Shown: positions 10,450 through 22,100 of the stretch, piece after piece
Layout of the letters: each line of letters begins with the position of its first letter
Numbering within the stretch: position 1 is the first letter of the stretch
Assembly (NCBI GenBank): GCA_049724395.1
Contig: JAUGWO010000103.1
Location: 62,001 to 85,308, forward strand
Length of the DNA: 23,308 nucleotides
Direction: 5' to 3'
Source: Spongospora subterranea f. sp. subterranea
Taxonomy: Eukaryota
The notes under the pieces: model-generated
What the model was told of the DNA's origin: nothing
The model's database searches: none
The model's input: only the letters and a program-made list of their open reading frames with translations
Made by a program: the position numbers and the translations under genes

Positions 10450-12238
10450 CCCGACGATCGCCCTTCACAATTTACGATTCTCCGGCCATATGTCAGGTCG
10501 CGCCGGTTCAGGAGAGAACACTCCGCGGTATGCGTAGCCGCAGTATACAGTACCAATGCTGGAAATTTCGTTGATTTGTTCTCAAATTTTGTTCCGGGCG
10601 CTGTACTCCAGTCTTTTTCTCATCAGACCGTTCGTTGTCAGTCATTATAACACCTCATGTGCCACACAAAATCGATACAGTCCATGTGTCCAACGTTATT
10701 TTCTATCAGTCGTCGTTGGCTCATCACCCGGTAATTAGATGGAGTTCTTCAAATACTCAGCGAAGATAGGAACTCTGCCGCCCCGTTTTTGTTGAGTCGG
10801 AGCGGATTTTTCACAGTTCTTTTGCTCTAATTATGGACCCTTAAAAATGTCGGTCGTAACGGTTGGTTTCTTTGTGTGGAATCTGTGTTAAAATCGGCCA
10901 AAATGTGATTTTTAGCAAGGTGTTACCTTTTTCAAAACCGACAACCTATAAAGTTAGCGTTATCGATATCTTATGTGGCTTTTCGCATATATCTCGCCAT
11001 GAAACTAAGGAAGGCAACAAATACGGTACGACGAAATCGGTCCCTGAATAGATCGCCCATCATTTCAGCACTCCAGCCGGGAATCGGTGCATTTTCTTCC
11101 AGCGATAGAATGAAGTGGTGATCCGAAAAACATTATCTTGGGATGATCGCAACAATTCTAATTTCGGCTCTGAAACAGTATGTTAGCATTGAAAACAACC
11201 TGGAACGCCACTGACTTTCTGTGGGTGATATGGTACGGATCGTTTCTCTTCTTGATTTCCTGTTTTGTCCCTGGTATATGTTGTGTTCGGTTTGGTGATT
11301 AATCAACCTCGTTGCCTTGCCGAACAATCGGCAACCGGACATTTGTCCAAGTACATTGAATTGGAAACTAATATTGTAACAGAATTTGGAGATCTTCACC
11401 ATCAATATGATGTGTAGATCATTAAAAACCCGTCCAGAATTAGTTTGCACAGATGGGGTTTTATGACCGACTTGTAAATACTGTACATATTTAATTTACT
11501 CGAAAACTTCACGGCTGAGTGCCAGCATTTTTTCGAAGTAAAAGCAGGGTTGTGGCAGCCCGTGTACATTGAGAGTTGATTTGATTTTCGATGCGCTTCA
11601 TGGTATTACTGCTTCGCATCTAGAAGCAAGAGAAGATGGGATGGGGTTAGTCGGTGTTCATGTACTTGAAAATCAAAAAGAACAACCCTAACGCACGAGG
11701 CTGACGAACTCAATATCTATCATCACATCTCGTTGCCCGATCAGTTAACCCATTCAATAATTGAAATTAAGGAGAGCGTTTTGCCCCCAGGGTTTATTGC
11801 AATTTCTGGAGATGACCTTCAAATTCTGACGACTGTGCACTTCGTTCGTATCAAACGCTCAACTAGCAAATGCAATTGGTAACCCCGCACGAGCATTTTG
11901 GTGGACGGGATCTAGAAATAGTTGCAAGCGCTTTTTGAATGTTAGATAGTGAAGATTCAAGAAAGGGTTTGTTGAGGAAACTGTGACGAAGGTTCGTGGA
12001 ATGTGTAAATGCCAAATTATAATCTATCACGCTATAAAGTCGCCTTCTGCTGATGTTACGGCATGATGGTTTCCAATGAATAATTTATCAAGTTTCTGTC
12101 TGTTTCGTTCAAAGTGGCTTTTTGGAACAGCCAAATCGACCAGAGATGATGGACCCATACTCAACTGTAGGTTGATTGTGTATCGTGAAGGTGAATCTTT
12201 AGGAATCTGGGATATCAATTCGACAAAATATACCACCA

Positions 12239-12750
12239 ATTCTTGTCGAAGATATGGTTCAAGTCGAATCGCGAGGAGATGGCCAGGATTTAGGTGTCGT
12301 GCGATGACGAGACGCTTGAGAGAGGCTTAAAATGTGCACGTTACTCGCGATTTGGTGTCTGCAGCACAGCGAAAGACCACACCTGGCGCTGTCAATTCAA
12401 GCGGAAACAATGGCTGATGCGACGCGAATACCATGTAAAAAGACCCGAATGTCTTTGGCATTTTGATCAAAATGACAAGCTGCGGCAGTTTGGCTATGAA
12501 TCCACAGCTGCATCGACGGCAACGCCGTCAAATTGAACCAACTCTGATTGGTGACCTGATCTGCTATTCAAAGGGATGACGGCGGCTGTAGATTAAAAGT
12601 GACGCCTTCGTTAGAATTGAAATACATTGAATGTGGATGGAGCAAAAAAACATTCGTTGTGTTGGACTAAAAGTTTGGTGTTAAGAGGCATCGTGGCGCT
12701 GACTTCAAGTTTCAGAGAGTTGAAAATGTGCAGCGCAAACACGGATTGGT
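12239..12750 (+). pseudogene. Degraded IS3EU-like DDE transposase (integrase-core type)
   Basis: Joining frames across small indels gives ILVEDMVQVESRGDGQDLG / CRAMTRRLREA*NVHVTRDLVSAAQRKTTPGAV / RKQWLMRREYHVKRPECLWHFDQNDKLRQFGY / IHSCIDG ... IKSD (12592-12603) ... QRVE (12713-12724). This parallels the consensus GYRxMxxxLR..V.R..V..DP..RRxYxVxxPxxLWHxDxxxKLxxxGFxIHxxIDG..IRSD..NQRIE. Confidence 0.7.
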
Positions 12751-13174
12751 GACATGAACTGACATGCAAAGTATGAAGGAAGGGGCGATGAAGACTGACG
12801 GGAATCTGGGGAAGATAAGTTGTTAGATTTGAAAATGAACAGCGTGTGGCAACTCAGTCTGAACTCGATAACTGAAATTATATCTTCCAGTCTGAACAGG
12901 CTATAAAACCCAAGAACTTGATAAGAGAAGAGTTGGGGAAATTGACAAACAGAAATCTAAAGCTGAAATGACCGAATCATTCAATTTTGCAATAACGAAA
13001 TTAGTTGGTACAGTAAATACCGACTCGTCTACCAACTCAAGAATTATTATAATAATGTACCTACTGGCGAAAGTCGTGCTGTGCACCGTTATTTACATCA
13101 ACAACGTGGCAAAAGGATATTTCGGGTGTCATACATCCAATTTCTAACCAAGGTGATCAGCTGTATCAATTTTC

Positions 13175-13651
13175 CTAGTTCTGCATTTCAGAAAAAAGCT
13201 CGGGCATTTCATCGATTATCTGATGTGCTACGAGTGCTAAACATGGGATGGGTCGATGACAGGACACTACCTCGTAGACCTCTTTTGTTGCGTTGCCAAC
13301 GTAGTGATGAACAGCAGGAGTTCCCCAGCGTTCGAACAGTTTCCCACACTTGTTACATTTGGGAAGATTTCCCAGTTGACCTACCACTTGCTTGGATATT
13401 CCCATTGGATACTTCTGCCTTCGCACCTTTGTCTTCTACGCTTTAACTGATGCGCTCTCGTCACGGCATCGCTTACTTCTGATAATGTGAATCTTTTTTG
13501 ATAAAACTGCGTCGGATATTGATGATATCACTTGTTCGCAGGACTTTGCCGATGATGACATCGATGTCGCTGGTTCAATAAGTGCATCTTCTTCGTCGAT
13601 TTGCAATATTGGCTTGTTCATGCCATCGTATATTGGCGGCTGTCCACTCAA
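13175..13651 (-). pseudogene. Interrupted Cys/His-containing ORF convergent on the transposase; possible second ORF of the same element
   Basis: ORFs 13436-13651 and 13175-13426 share a frame with one internal TAG (13438-13436). Contains 'LPKCNKCGKLF...SCHRPIPCL' (CxxC...H...C, zinc-finger-like). Confidence 0.35.
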
Positions 13652-14004
13652 AAAGTATGGGAAAAAATGTGTGCCTGATGAATTTGTGTAGGAAATGGTC
13701 GCAAGATTCTAATGCTTATCGCCAAGCCGAATCGAATTGGGTGGTTTGGTCTTCATTCGCTCAGATGGTTCATTACCTCGCTGCTCTGCGCCTAAAGGGA
13801 CGGGAATAATAAGCAATGGCGGGTATGCGAGCATAATCCGCTTCGTGACCGACGAACTAAAAGTACATCGCAGAATCAGCACAGGCGCGCCATTCCGACA
13901 GTGAAGTCAACAAACGCAACAGAAAGCGTTAAACGCTCTGAGAGCGTCAAACTGATTTCGAATTTGATCGGAGGTTTTTATCATTATACAAAGGTGGTGT
14001 TGTT

Positions 14005-15421
14005 TGTTTTTGGTCAGCCACGATCCTCGAAGTGGTCTATTGGGTTTGCGGGCTGTTGATCAGGAAGAAGAACCGAAGAACTTGGCGTGAAACTGGATAG
14101 CGGCGATGGAAATCTGAAGAATACGAGTTTGGTGTGTTGCTGCCCGGAGATGTCTGCCATCGATAACGGTAAGAGGGATTGGGTTGGTGGGAGTCTTCAG
14201 CGGAATCTGATGGAGCCGAGCGAATTTCCGATCGATGAACATTGTCGAAGCACCACAATCAATAAATGAGACCGTATCAATAGCCTCCGATTTGGACGAC
14301 CAGGAAATTGAACACGGGGGACATAACATTGCGGTGATTGAATTTGAAAAACTGTTGTTGACAAACAATGGACTCGTGACGAATACAATGAAGTTTGCGA
14401 TATCAAATTGGCGTAATATGAACGTCGCGGTAAGTTATGAGTCGCGATCGTGTGACCAGGCTCACACCCAGATTCAACAGTCCTTCTAGACGGCGACGAT
14501 GTTTCTCCTCCGTTAATAATGCCCCATGAGGGGCGCTAATGGCGTTGAACGTCGCGTTGGCGTCTGGAGCGAAAGGGTTTACGGCGTCGATTACCATAGG
14601 GACCGGTCGATGCGGAATTCGATGAGTGAGGAAAGGCTGATAAAGATGATGCTGTGGTAAGGTCTGTGGAAACGGTCTAGATGGACTACTGTTGGAGGGC
14701 AGTAGCGCGATTCTGATCTCGTTCGGAGTGTCGTTGGAACAGGCGCTGATTGAGACGCAGGGCGTCGTTGATCAACTTCGCAACTGACTTTGCCACGGGA
14801 GAGGAGGTCTTGTATGCTGTCGTTTAAACTTTGCTGGAAGCCATTCTGGGCGGCCATTTCGTCCCATCCCGCACCTGCCACCAACTGTTGAACGTGGGAT
14901 GTGTTGGCAGCCATCGTTCTTCGCCCTTGCTCTATGGTGGATAATATGTCTGCAGAGGAGTCCGCCCGATTGTGGTCCTCGAATCGCTGTCGGAACTGCT
15001 GGAAATTGCCAAATACTGCTGGACGCTGCGACTCGAATAACGGATTGAACCATTGGCGTGTGCTAATCCCGTCAACAGGCTGTCGAATAATCCAGAGAAT
15101 ACCCAGCGATATCTCAATGGAGTAGGTGCACGGCTGGTGTTTTATGACCAGAAGGATTTGAATGAGGAAACCTTGACCGTAGAGGGGATGCCGTCGAATC
15201 AATCGGCGTCTGAACACTTATGCTGGATGATTCAATCGTGCTGTCGATTTGGCTTTGATGTTGCTGTACTTGTTCCTGAAGCTGTTGCTGTTGCAGTTGC
15301 TCAACAACTAAATTCGTACAGCTCGTATTATTCTTCCTTCTCTTCCGGCAGACCTCTCTCGCCGAGTTCCGCTGAGGCCGTGACGCATCTCTTCCAGTGA
15401 CGCGGCCTTTGCTTCAGTCAT
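14005..15421 (-). mobile_element. Truncated, frameshifted Ty3/gypsy gag-protease fragment (element A)
   Basis: Capsid-like 'QWFNPLFESQ...FQQF...TIEQGRRT...AGWDEMA...SLNDSIQDLL', then 'PMVIDA' and 'LLTEEKHRRRLEGL' before a decayed zinc knuckle, then aspartic protease 'FIDCGASTMFIDRKFA...IPLTVIDGR'. No LTR seen. Boundaries approximate. Confidence 0.85.
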
Positions 15422-17589
15422 GGTCCTGCCGTCTTACTGGTGGTCACGCCGTCTTCTTAGTTATTGCCTTCTGCAGGGAATATGTGCATTCGTTAGTCAT
15501 GTGAATACATAATTGATACACATGCTCTGCCCACCGTGTTCCATATCGTGGCTCCCCGCGATGGCGTCATCGACAACGTCGCGTTCATCGATTCCGGAGC
15601 TACTTCCCTGTTCATGGACCGTGGGTTCGCTCGATTTCATCAAATTCCGGTAGAACAATTGAGCTGTCCGATTTCACTGACAGTAATTGACGGTCGACGT
15701 CTTCGATCCGTAACCCATCAGACACATCTCCTCCATTTTTCCATAGCTGATATCCAGTTCCGAGCCAAGTGTTTTCTTATCGACTGCCCAGTTTACCCTG
15801 TTGTTCTTGGAATGTCATTCTTAAGACAAACCAACCCATTCATAGACTGGAAAAATCTGACAATCGCTGCTCGATACCCCATCGCTTCGCCAGAAATGGA
15901 CAACCCGCATTTAGTTATCCAATCGACGCAAAGTGATGAAGTTGGATCGCCTGGTAAAATCTTCGACGAGACGGTAGAGGTCAACAAGATTCGGTCCAAC
16001 TCCCCAACCAGTATGCAGACTTTGTTGATGTTTTCTCGAAAGAGGGAGCCGAGTCTTTTCCACCACACCGACCTGGCGTCGATTGTGCCATCAACCTCGA
16101 GGAAGACGCCGGAAACCTCCCTTACAAACCCTGCTATTCCATCTCAGCGAAAGAGGATCCGGTACTGCAATCTTACCTTCAAGACAATCTGCAGCGAGGT
16201 TTTATCAGGAATCCCAATCTCCTCTCGGAGCGCCGATTCTATCTGTTAAGAAGAAGGATGGTTCGCTGAGATTGTGTGTAGATTACAGGTCACTTAACGC
16301 AATCACGAAGCGAGAACCATATCCTCTACCACTAATCGACGCTATTTTACAACAACTCGCTAGCGCCAAATGCTACACCAAGATTGACCTTCGAGGCGCG
16401 TACAATCTAGTGAGAATCAGACCAGAAAATGAATGGAAAACGACGTTCAATTGCAAGTACGGTCATTTCGAATACCAAGTTATGCCATTTGGCCTCAAGA
16501 ATGCCCCAGCCTCGTTTCAAATATTCATGAACGAGACGTTCCAGGACTGCCTGGGAACATTCGTGGTGGTATACCTGGATGATATCTTGATTTATTCGCA
16601 GGATCCAGAGAAATTCGAAGCTCACGTAAAGGTGGTTTTGCAACGTTTGCGTGAGAAGAAGTTGTTTGCCAAGCTGGAGAAATGCGCTTTGGAGTTCGAC
16701 GTGTAGAATTTCTGGGTTACATCATCAGCCCGCAAGGAATCGAAATGGATCCAGAGAAAACCTCCAATATCACCTCGTGGCAAACACCGACGTCCGTCAA
16801 AGGGATTCAATGTTTTTTGGGATTCGCCAAGTTTGACCGTGATTTCATCTCTCGTTACTCCCAATATGCAGCACCACTATACGAGCTGACTAAGAAGGAT
16901 GTACCCTTTTCTTGGCAACCTCAGCATCAAGCATCTTTTGACGCAATCAAACGGGCCTTCTCTCAAGCACCAATATTAGCCCATTTCATCCCTTCTGCCC
17001 CGTGTATAGTGGAGACTGACGCTTCCGACTTCGCGATCGGCATGATATTATCGCAGGTTCAGACTGATGAAAATTACGCCCGATTGCATTCCATTCACGC
17101 AAACTCGCACCGGCAGAAATCAACTACGAGACGCACGACAAGGAATTACTGGCGGTCGTGGTGGCTATTTCCCGTTGGCGACATTACTTAGAAGGTAGTC
17201 CACACAAGATATAGGTCCTCTCTGACCATAATAATCTCCGTTATTTCTCATCATCGAAGCTTCTCAACCGACGACAAGCACGCTGGTCTATGATATTGTC
17301 AGAATATGATTATGTGATACATCATCGTGCTGGTTCACTCTCTGGGCAACCAGACGCCTTGTCGAGACGCCCTGAGTACGAGATACAGCCTAATGATCCC
17401 GTGTGGCAACAGCAGCGAACTTGTTTACTACCAGAAGACAGCCTTAGCGTTGCTCCACTAGAATTGAATGCAATTCAATCCGGTCTGGAGGGTCTCATTA
17501 ATATTATCAGAGAATCTTAATCACACGATTCTGCAGTTCAGCAACAAATCCGCCACGTCACCAAGCCCTTTCACGTTCATGACGGGTTA

Positions 17590-18961
17590 TTGTACAAAGA
17601 ACAGGCACTTGTAGTTCCTAGAGAAACGGCGAAACTCAAAGTACTCACACAGCTCCATGACGCCCCATTGGGAGGTCACTTTGGTCGGCGGAAAACGCTT
17701 CAAGCAGTGCAACGACATTTTTGGTGGTCCGGAATGAATGATTTCGTTCGACGCTACGTCAAATCGTGTGATCGTTGCCAGCGAACCAAATTGCAGCGCA
17801 AGGCACCCACCAGGACTGTTAAAACCGTTACCCATTCCAACGGATTTATGGCGATCAATTTCATTAGACTCCATAGTCAAACTACCCAAATCCAACGGTT
17901 TCGACTCAATTCTCGTCGTGGTTGATCGTTTGTCGAAAATGGCGCATTTTATTGCTTGTAAAGAATTAATCACATCGCCACAGTTGGCTGAATTGATGCT
18001 ACGACAAGTGTTCCGGCTTCATGGACTCCCAGACGATATTGTATCAGACCGTGGCCCGCAGATGGTTGCAGGATTTTGGAAATGCCTTCTCCAACGGCTA
18101 CAGATTCAACGGAAACTATCTACGTCGAGACACCCGCAGACCAACGGACAGACAGAAAGGGTTAACCAAGTTGTAGAGCAGTATTTAAGGACGTTTACTT
18201 CCTACCAGCAGGATGACTGGGAAGATTGGTTAGCGCTGGCTGAATTCCAATACAACAACACCGAACACTCATCGCCCAAAGTTTCCCCATTTTTCGCAAA
18301 CTATGGGTTCCATCCCCGCACCATCGACGTCCCATCATTCTGCCAATCACAAGCGAATCCGTCCTCTGATGAAAGGGCAAACCATTTACGAAGCATTCGT
18401 TTATTTTTACGACGACAACTTGAACAGGCCGTGATTTCGATGAAAAAATATGCCGATAACAAACGTTCTGAGGCTCCTGCATGTTCACTGGGCGAGTTAG
18501 TCATGGTGAAGAGAATCGATTGGAATACAACTCGACCTTGTCCTAAGCTCGACGACAGATTCGTAGGACCCTTCCCGATCATCGCGAAGGTTAACGACGT
18601 AACATTTTCATGGCAATTGCCTGCATCTTGGCGAGTGCATAACACGTTCCACGTCTCGCAGATTGAGCCATATCACAGGAACGACATTGCTGGGCGAGCT
18701 CAAGATTGTCCTCCTGAACCCATTTTCATATCTGCGGAATCAACAGAACCGTTATTCATCTTTAAGGATAATCTGGATTTTAGGGTCTACCGCAATCAGC
18801 TGCAATACTTAGTGGACTGGGAAGGTTATCCTCCATCCGAACGTTCCTGGGAGCCAGCGCGAGGGCTTGCAGATAACTCTCCTCCGCTGCGGGAAGCCAT
18901 CGCTAAATTTCATGACAATTATCCGGACAAACCTAATCGGGATTTAAAAAAGGGGAGGTAG
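17590..18961 (+). pseudogene. Integrase plus chromodomain portion of element B
   Basis: 'HDAPLGGHFG...CDRCQRTK', then a frameshift near 17800, then 'ISLDSIVKLP', 'IVSDRGPQM', 'GQTERVNQ', 'FVGPFPI' and 'QYLVDWEGYPPSERSWEP...FHDNYPDKP'. Confidence 0.9.
18946..18958 (+). other. Polypurine tract of element B
   Basis: AAAAAAGGGGAGG, followed after 3 nt by the LTR start TGTTAG at 18962. It overlaps the last codons of pol. Confidence 0.85.
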
Positions 18962-19142
18962 TGTTAGGTCCTCAACACCAGTCAATAATATCTATCCATA
19001 TTACCTATCTACGATCTGAGTCTTCGGGCTCAGATCGTATTATTAGTTCTAGTAAAGCACCACGTTTAGCCTCAGCCTCTGTAAGTTCCTTCTCTCTAGC
19101 TTTAGCTTAAGCCCTATAGTTCGTTCCGTCCAGGTCTTTACA
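18962..19142 (+). repeat. 3' LTR of element B (181 bp)
   Basis: TGTTAG...TTTACA directly after the PPT. Copia RNase H coding begins at 19143, which fixes the right boundary. No second copy in the window to confirm it. Confidence 0.8.
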
Positions 19143-22100
19143 TTGTATAATGATAGCGGACCTCTTTGTGTTTCGACCTGCGCTTAGTCTGGAATGTGTT
19201 TGCGAGCGCGATTGCCGCCTGATTATCCTCATAGATGATCGTTGGCGCATCCTGTTCGAATCCCGTATCCTTAAGCAGACCGCGAAGCCATGATGCCTCT
19301 TGTGCTGCTGAGCATAACGCCACGTATTCAGCTTCAGTTGTTGACAGGGACACACACCGTTGCAATCTGCTTGTCCAACTTATCGGACCACCGTCCATCA
19401 TAAAAATAACTCCTGATGTCGACTTTCGATTCACCTCGCTGCCGGCATAATCGGCGTTCGGCGAACCCAAGAAGATTACTGCTTGATATCTTACCGTCGT
19501 ACTTGATCCCCATCGACGTAGTACCTGCGACATATCGTAAAACTCTCTTGAGTGCCACTACATCTTGCTCACTCGGATTGCTCATGTGTCGTGAGACTGC
19601 TCCCACCGCTTGTGCAATATCTGGTCTTGTTCCCAGCATCAGGTACATCAGGGATCCAACAGCAACTGAATAAGCAAACTTTACTTTGCCGATTGAGTCA
19701 CTCAGACCTGTCGTTGTGATAATAGATGGGGTGTTCACTGGCTTGCAATCTTGCATCTGATACCGGACAAGTATCTCCTTCGCATAGGACTCTTGACTCA
19801 TGACAATCGAGTTCTTGCTCTCTCTCGCTCGATTTTGATGCCGAGTAAGTACGCGATGTCACCAACGGGTTTCATCGAATATCTTTTTTCTAAGAAAATC
19901 CTCTGTTTTGTTGATTATGGCTGTGCTTGATGATGCCACCACCAAGTCGTCGACATATATGGCGATGAATGTGACATTGCCTTCCGAGCGTCGGCAATAC
20001 AGGCATGGACAACCAATCCGCGTTCGTCGCGATGAAGCCGTCGCTCTTCAAGTACTCGTTTATCTGGTCCCACCAAACGCGACCCGCCTGCTTCAGGCCA
20101 TATATGGCTTTCTTCAACTTGCATACCATCTCGCCATTCTCGTTCTGCACAGCGAACCCTTCCGGTTGCTCCAGGTAGATCTCTTCTTTTGATTCTCCGT
20201 AAAGAAAAGCAGTGTCGACATCCATCTGTTTTACCTCCAGATCCAACCTTGCTGAAATCGCCATGAGTAATCTAAGGGTGGTTAGACTCACAACCGGTGA
20301 AGTGGTCTCGTCAAAGTCGGTTCCTGGCTGTTGGCTAAATCCTCGGGCCACGTAACGTGCCTTGCATCTGATCACGTTCCTGCAGCATCGGTTTTCGCCT
20401 TAAACACCCATTTGCCGCTGACCACATTTCTTCCTTTGGTCGCGGAACAATTTCTCAAGTCTTATTCTTGCTTAATGAATCGTACTCCATTTCCATCGCT
20501 CTCTTCCATCTTTTATCTTTCAACGCCATAGTTGTTGTTTCTGGCTCCTTTTCATATGTCAAGGCACAGCCGGCATACTCGTCCATGTACAGTGCCGGCT
20601 TCCACGTAATTCGCTTGCTTGTTCTTAGTCCCGGCAAGACGGCTTCGCCGCTGCTGTCTTGCACCTTCACGCTCGAATTCGTGTTCTTGAACAGTTGGCC
20701 TTTGACTGCACTTGCGGGCAGAAATTCCTCGTCCTCGTCGTCATCCGCTAGCATCTCAACTGGTGTTGTGCGAGTCTCCTTCAATTTTGCGTCCCTTGAT
20801 ATAAACCTTCTCGACGTCTTCAAATCTTCAAACACATACGCCTTAGCACCATCCGCAAATCCAAGGAATTTGCATTCTCTTGATTTGCTGTCGAACTTGC
20901 TTCGATGTGAATCTGGAACATGAACCTCCCACAGAGATCCGAACAGTGGCACACTTGCAGGACTTGGTAACCTCTTGTGAATGAGTTCATACGGTGACTT
21001 CTCGTCCACATTGACCTTTGTCATTGTCCTATTTCTGATGTAGGCCGCCAACCGGACCGCGTATTCCCAATATGAAGTCGGTAGTCCAGAGTCAAACGAC
21101 AGGCATCGCGCTGTCTCCACTATCGTTCTGTTCATCCTCTCTGCCTTGCCATTTTGTTGAGGAGTCCTTGGTGCGGTACGTTGCCACAAGATTCCCTTTC
21201 TCTTCAAAAAACCTTGACATTCGTTGTTTGCGTACTCGCCACCTCCGTCGCTGCGAAGACATTTGATGTTCGCCCCCCACTGTTTCTTCATAAGCGCACG
21301 AAACGATTGAAATTCTTCAAGCTGTTCAGATTTCTTGGCCAGAAAAGCGATATGAACCCAGTTCGTATAGTCGTCGATGTAAGTGGCAAAGTACCAGTTA
21401 CCCTGTAGTGACTTCTTGCTCATTGGTCAACACAGATCACTATGCACCAAGTCGCCTAGCTCCTTCGTCTTAGTTGTTGAGGACTTCGGTATTGGCAACC
21501 TCGCCATTTTTCTTTCCGAACATATTGTGCAATTGTGCACAACCTGGCTATTGGTGGAAAACTGTGGGATTATGCCTTTCATGCTCATCTTCCGAAGAGT
21601 TTCCATATTGACGTGACCGCAACTCCTGTGCAATTCGAATGCATCCCGTACGTCAGTTCGCGCCTGGTACACCTTCTCCGAATGAAGTATTTTGAATCTG
21701 TATACGCCGTTACTCCGGTATCCGATGATGACCAGCTTGCCATCGACAGAGATCTGACAGGTATCACCCTTAAACTGCACGTCCGTCCCTTTACGCTTGG
21801 TTGCCGCTGCAACTGAGAACAAGTTTTGTTTCAGTCCAGGTACATACAGGACATGAGTGAGTCTGCATCCTATTCCCAACTTTACGCAGCCATATGTGTC
21901 GCCTCTAGTCGTCTGCCATCGCCCAGCGTGACAGGTCGTACTGGCACCAGAATCTCGTAGTCCATCAGGGAATCTAGTCTGTGAATCATGTGCGACGATG
22001 CACCACTGTCTATCAGCCAGGCACTCTTGTCCTGGTCGTCCTCCTTGTGACTATCCATGAACATCACTTCTGAAGCAACACTCGCTCTCTGATTCTTCTT

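Larger units (their letters stand above)
15522..19142 (+). mobile_element. 5'-truncated Ty3/gypsy chromovirus (element B): PR-RT-RNase H-integrase-chromodomain, PPT, 3' LTR; inactive
   Basis: PR 'FIDSGAT'; RT 'LRLCVDYR', 'MPFGLKNAP' and 'YLDD' (16572-16583); RNase H 'VETDASDFAIG'; integrase HHCC and DDE core; GPF motif; chromodomain. Several frameshifts (approx. 15560, 15990, 16210, 16700, 17075, 17800) and in-frame stops. gag and the 5' LTR are absent. Confidence 0.95.

Noticed and set aside
10560..10830. Minus-strand fragments (KRGGRVP, MRKRLEYSARNK) reminiscent of Tc1/IS630 N-terminal regions
   Set aside because: Too short and broken; no catalytic motif or termini.
13670..13710. CTGATGA...GAAA hammerhead-ribozyme-like core
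   Set aside because: No stem II or flanking helices can be formed.
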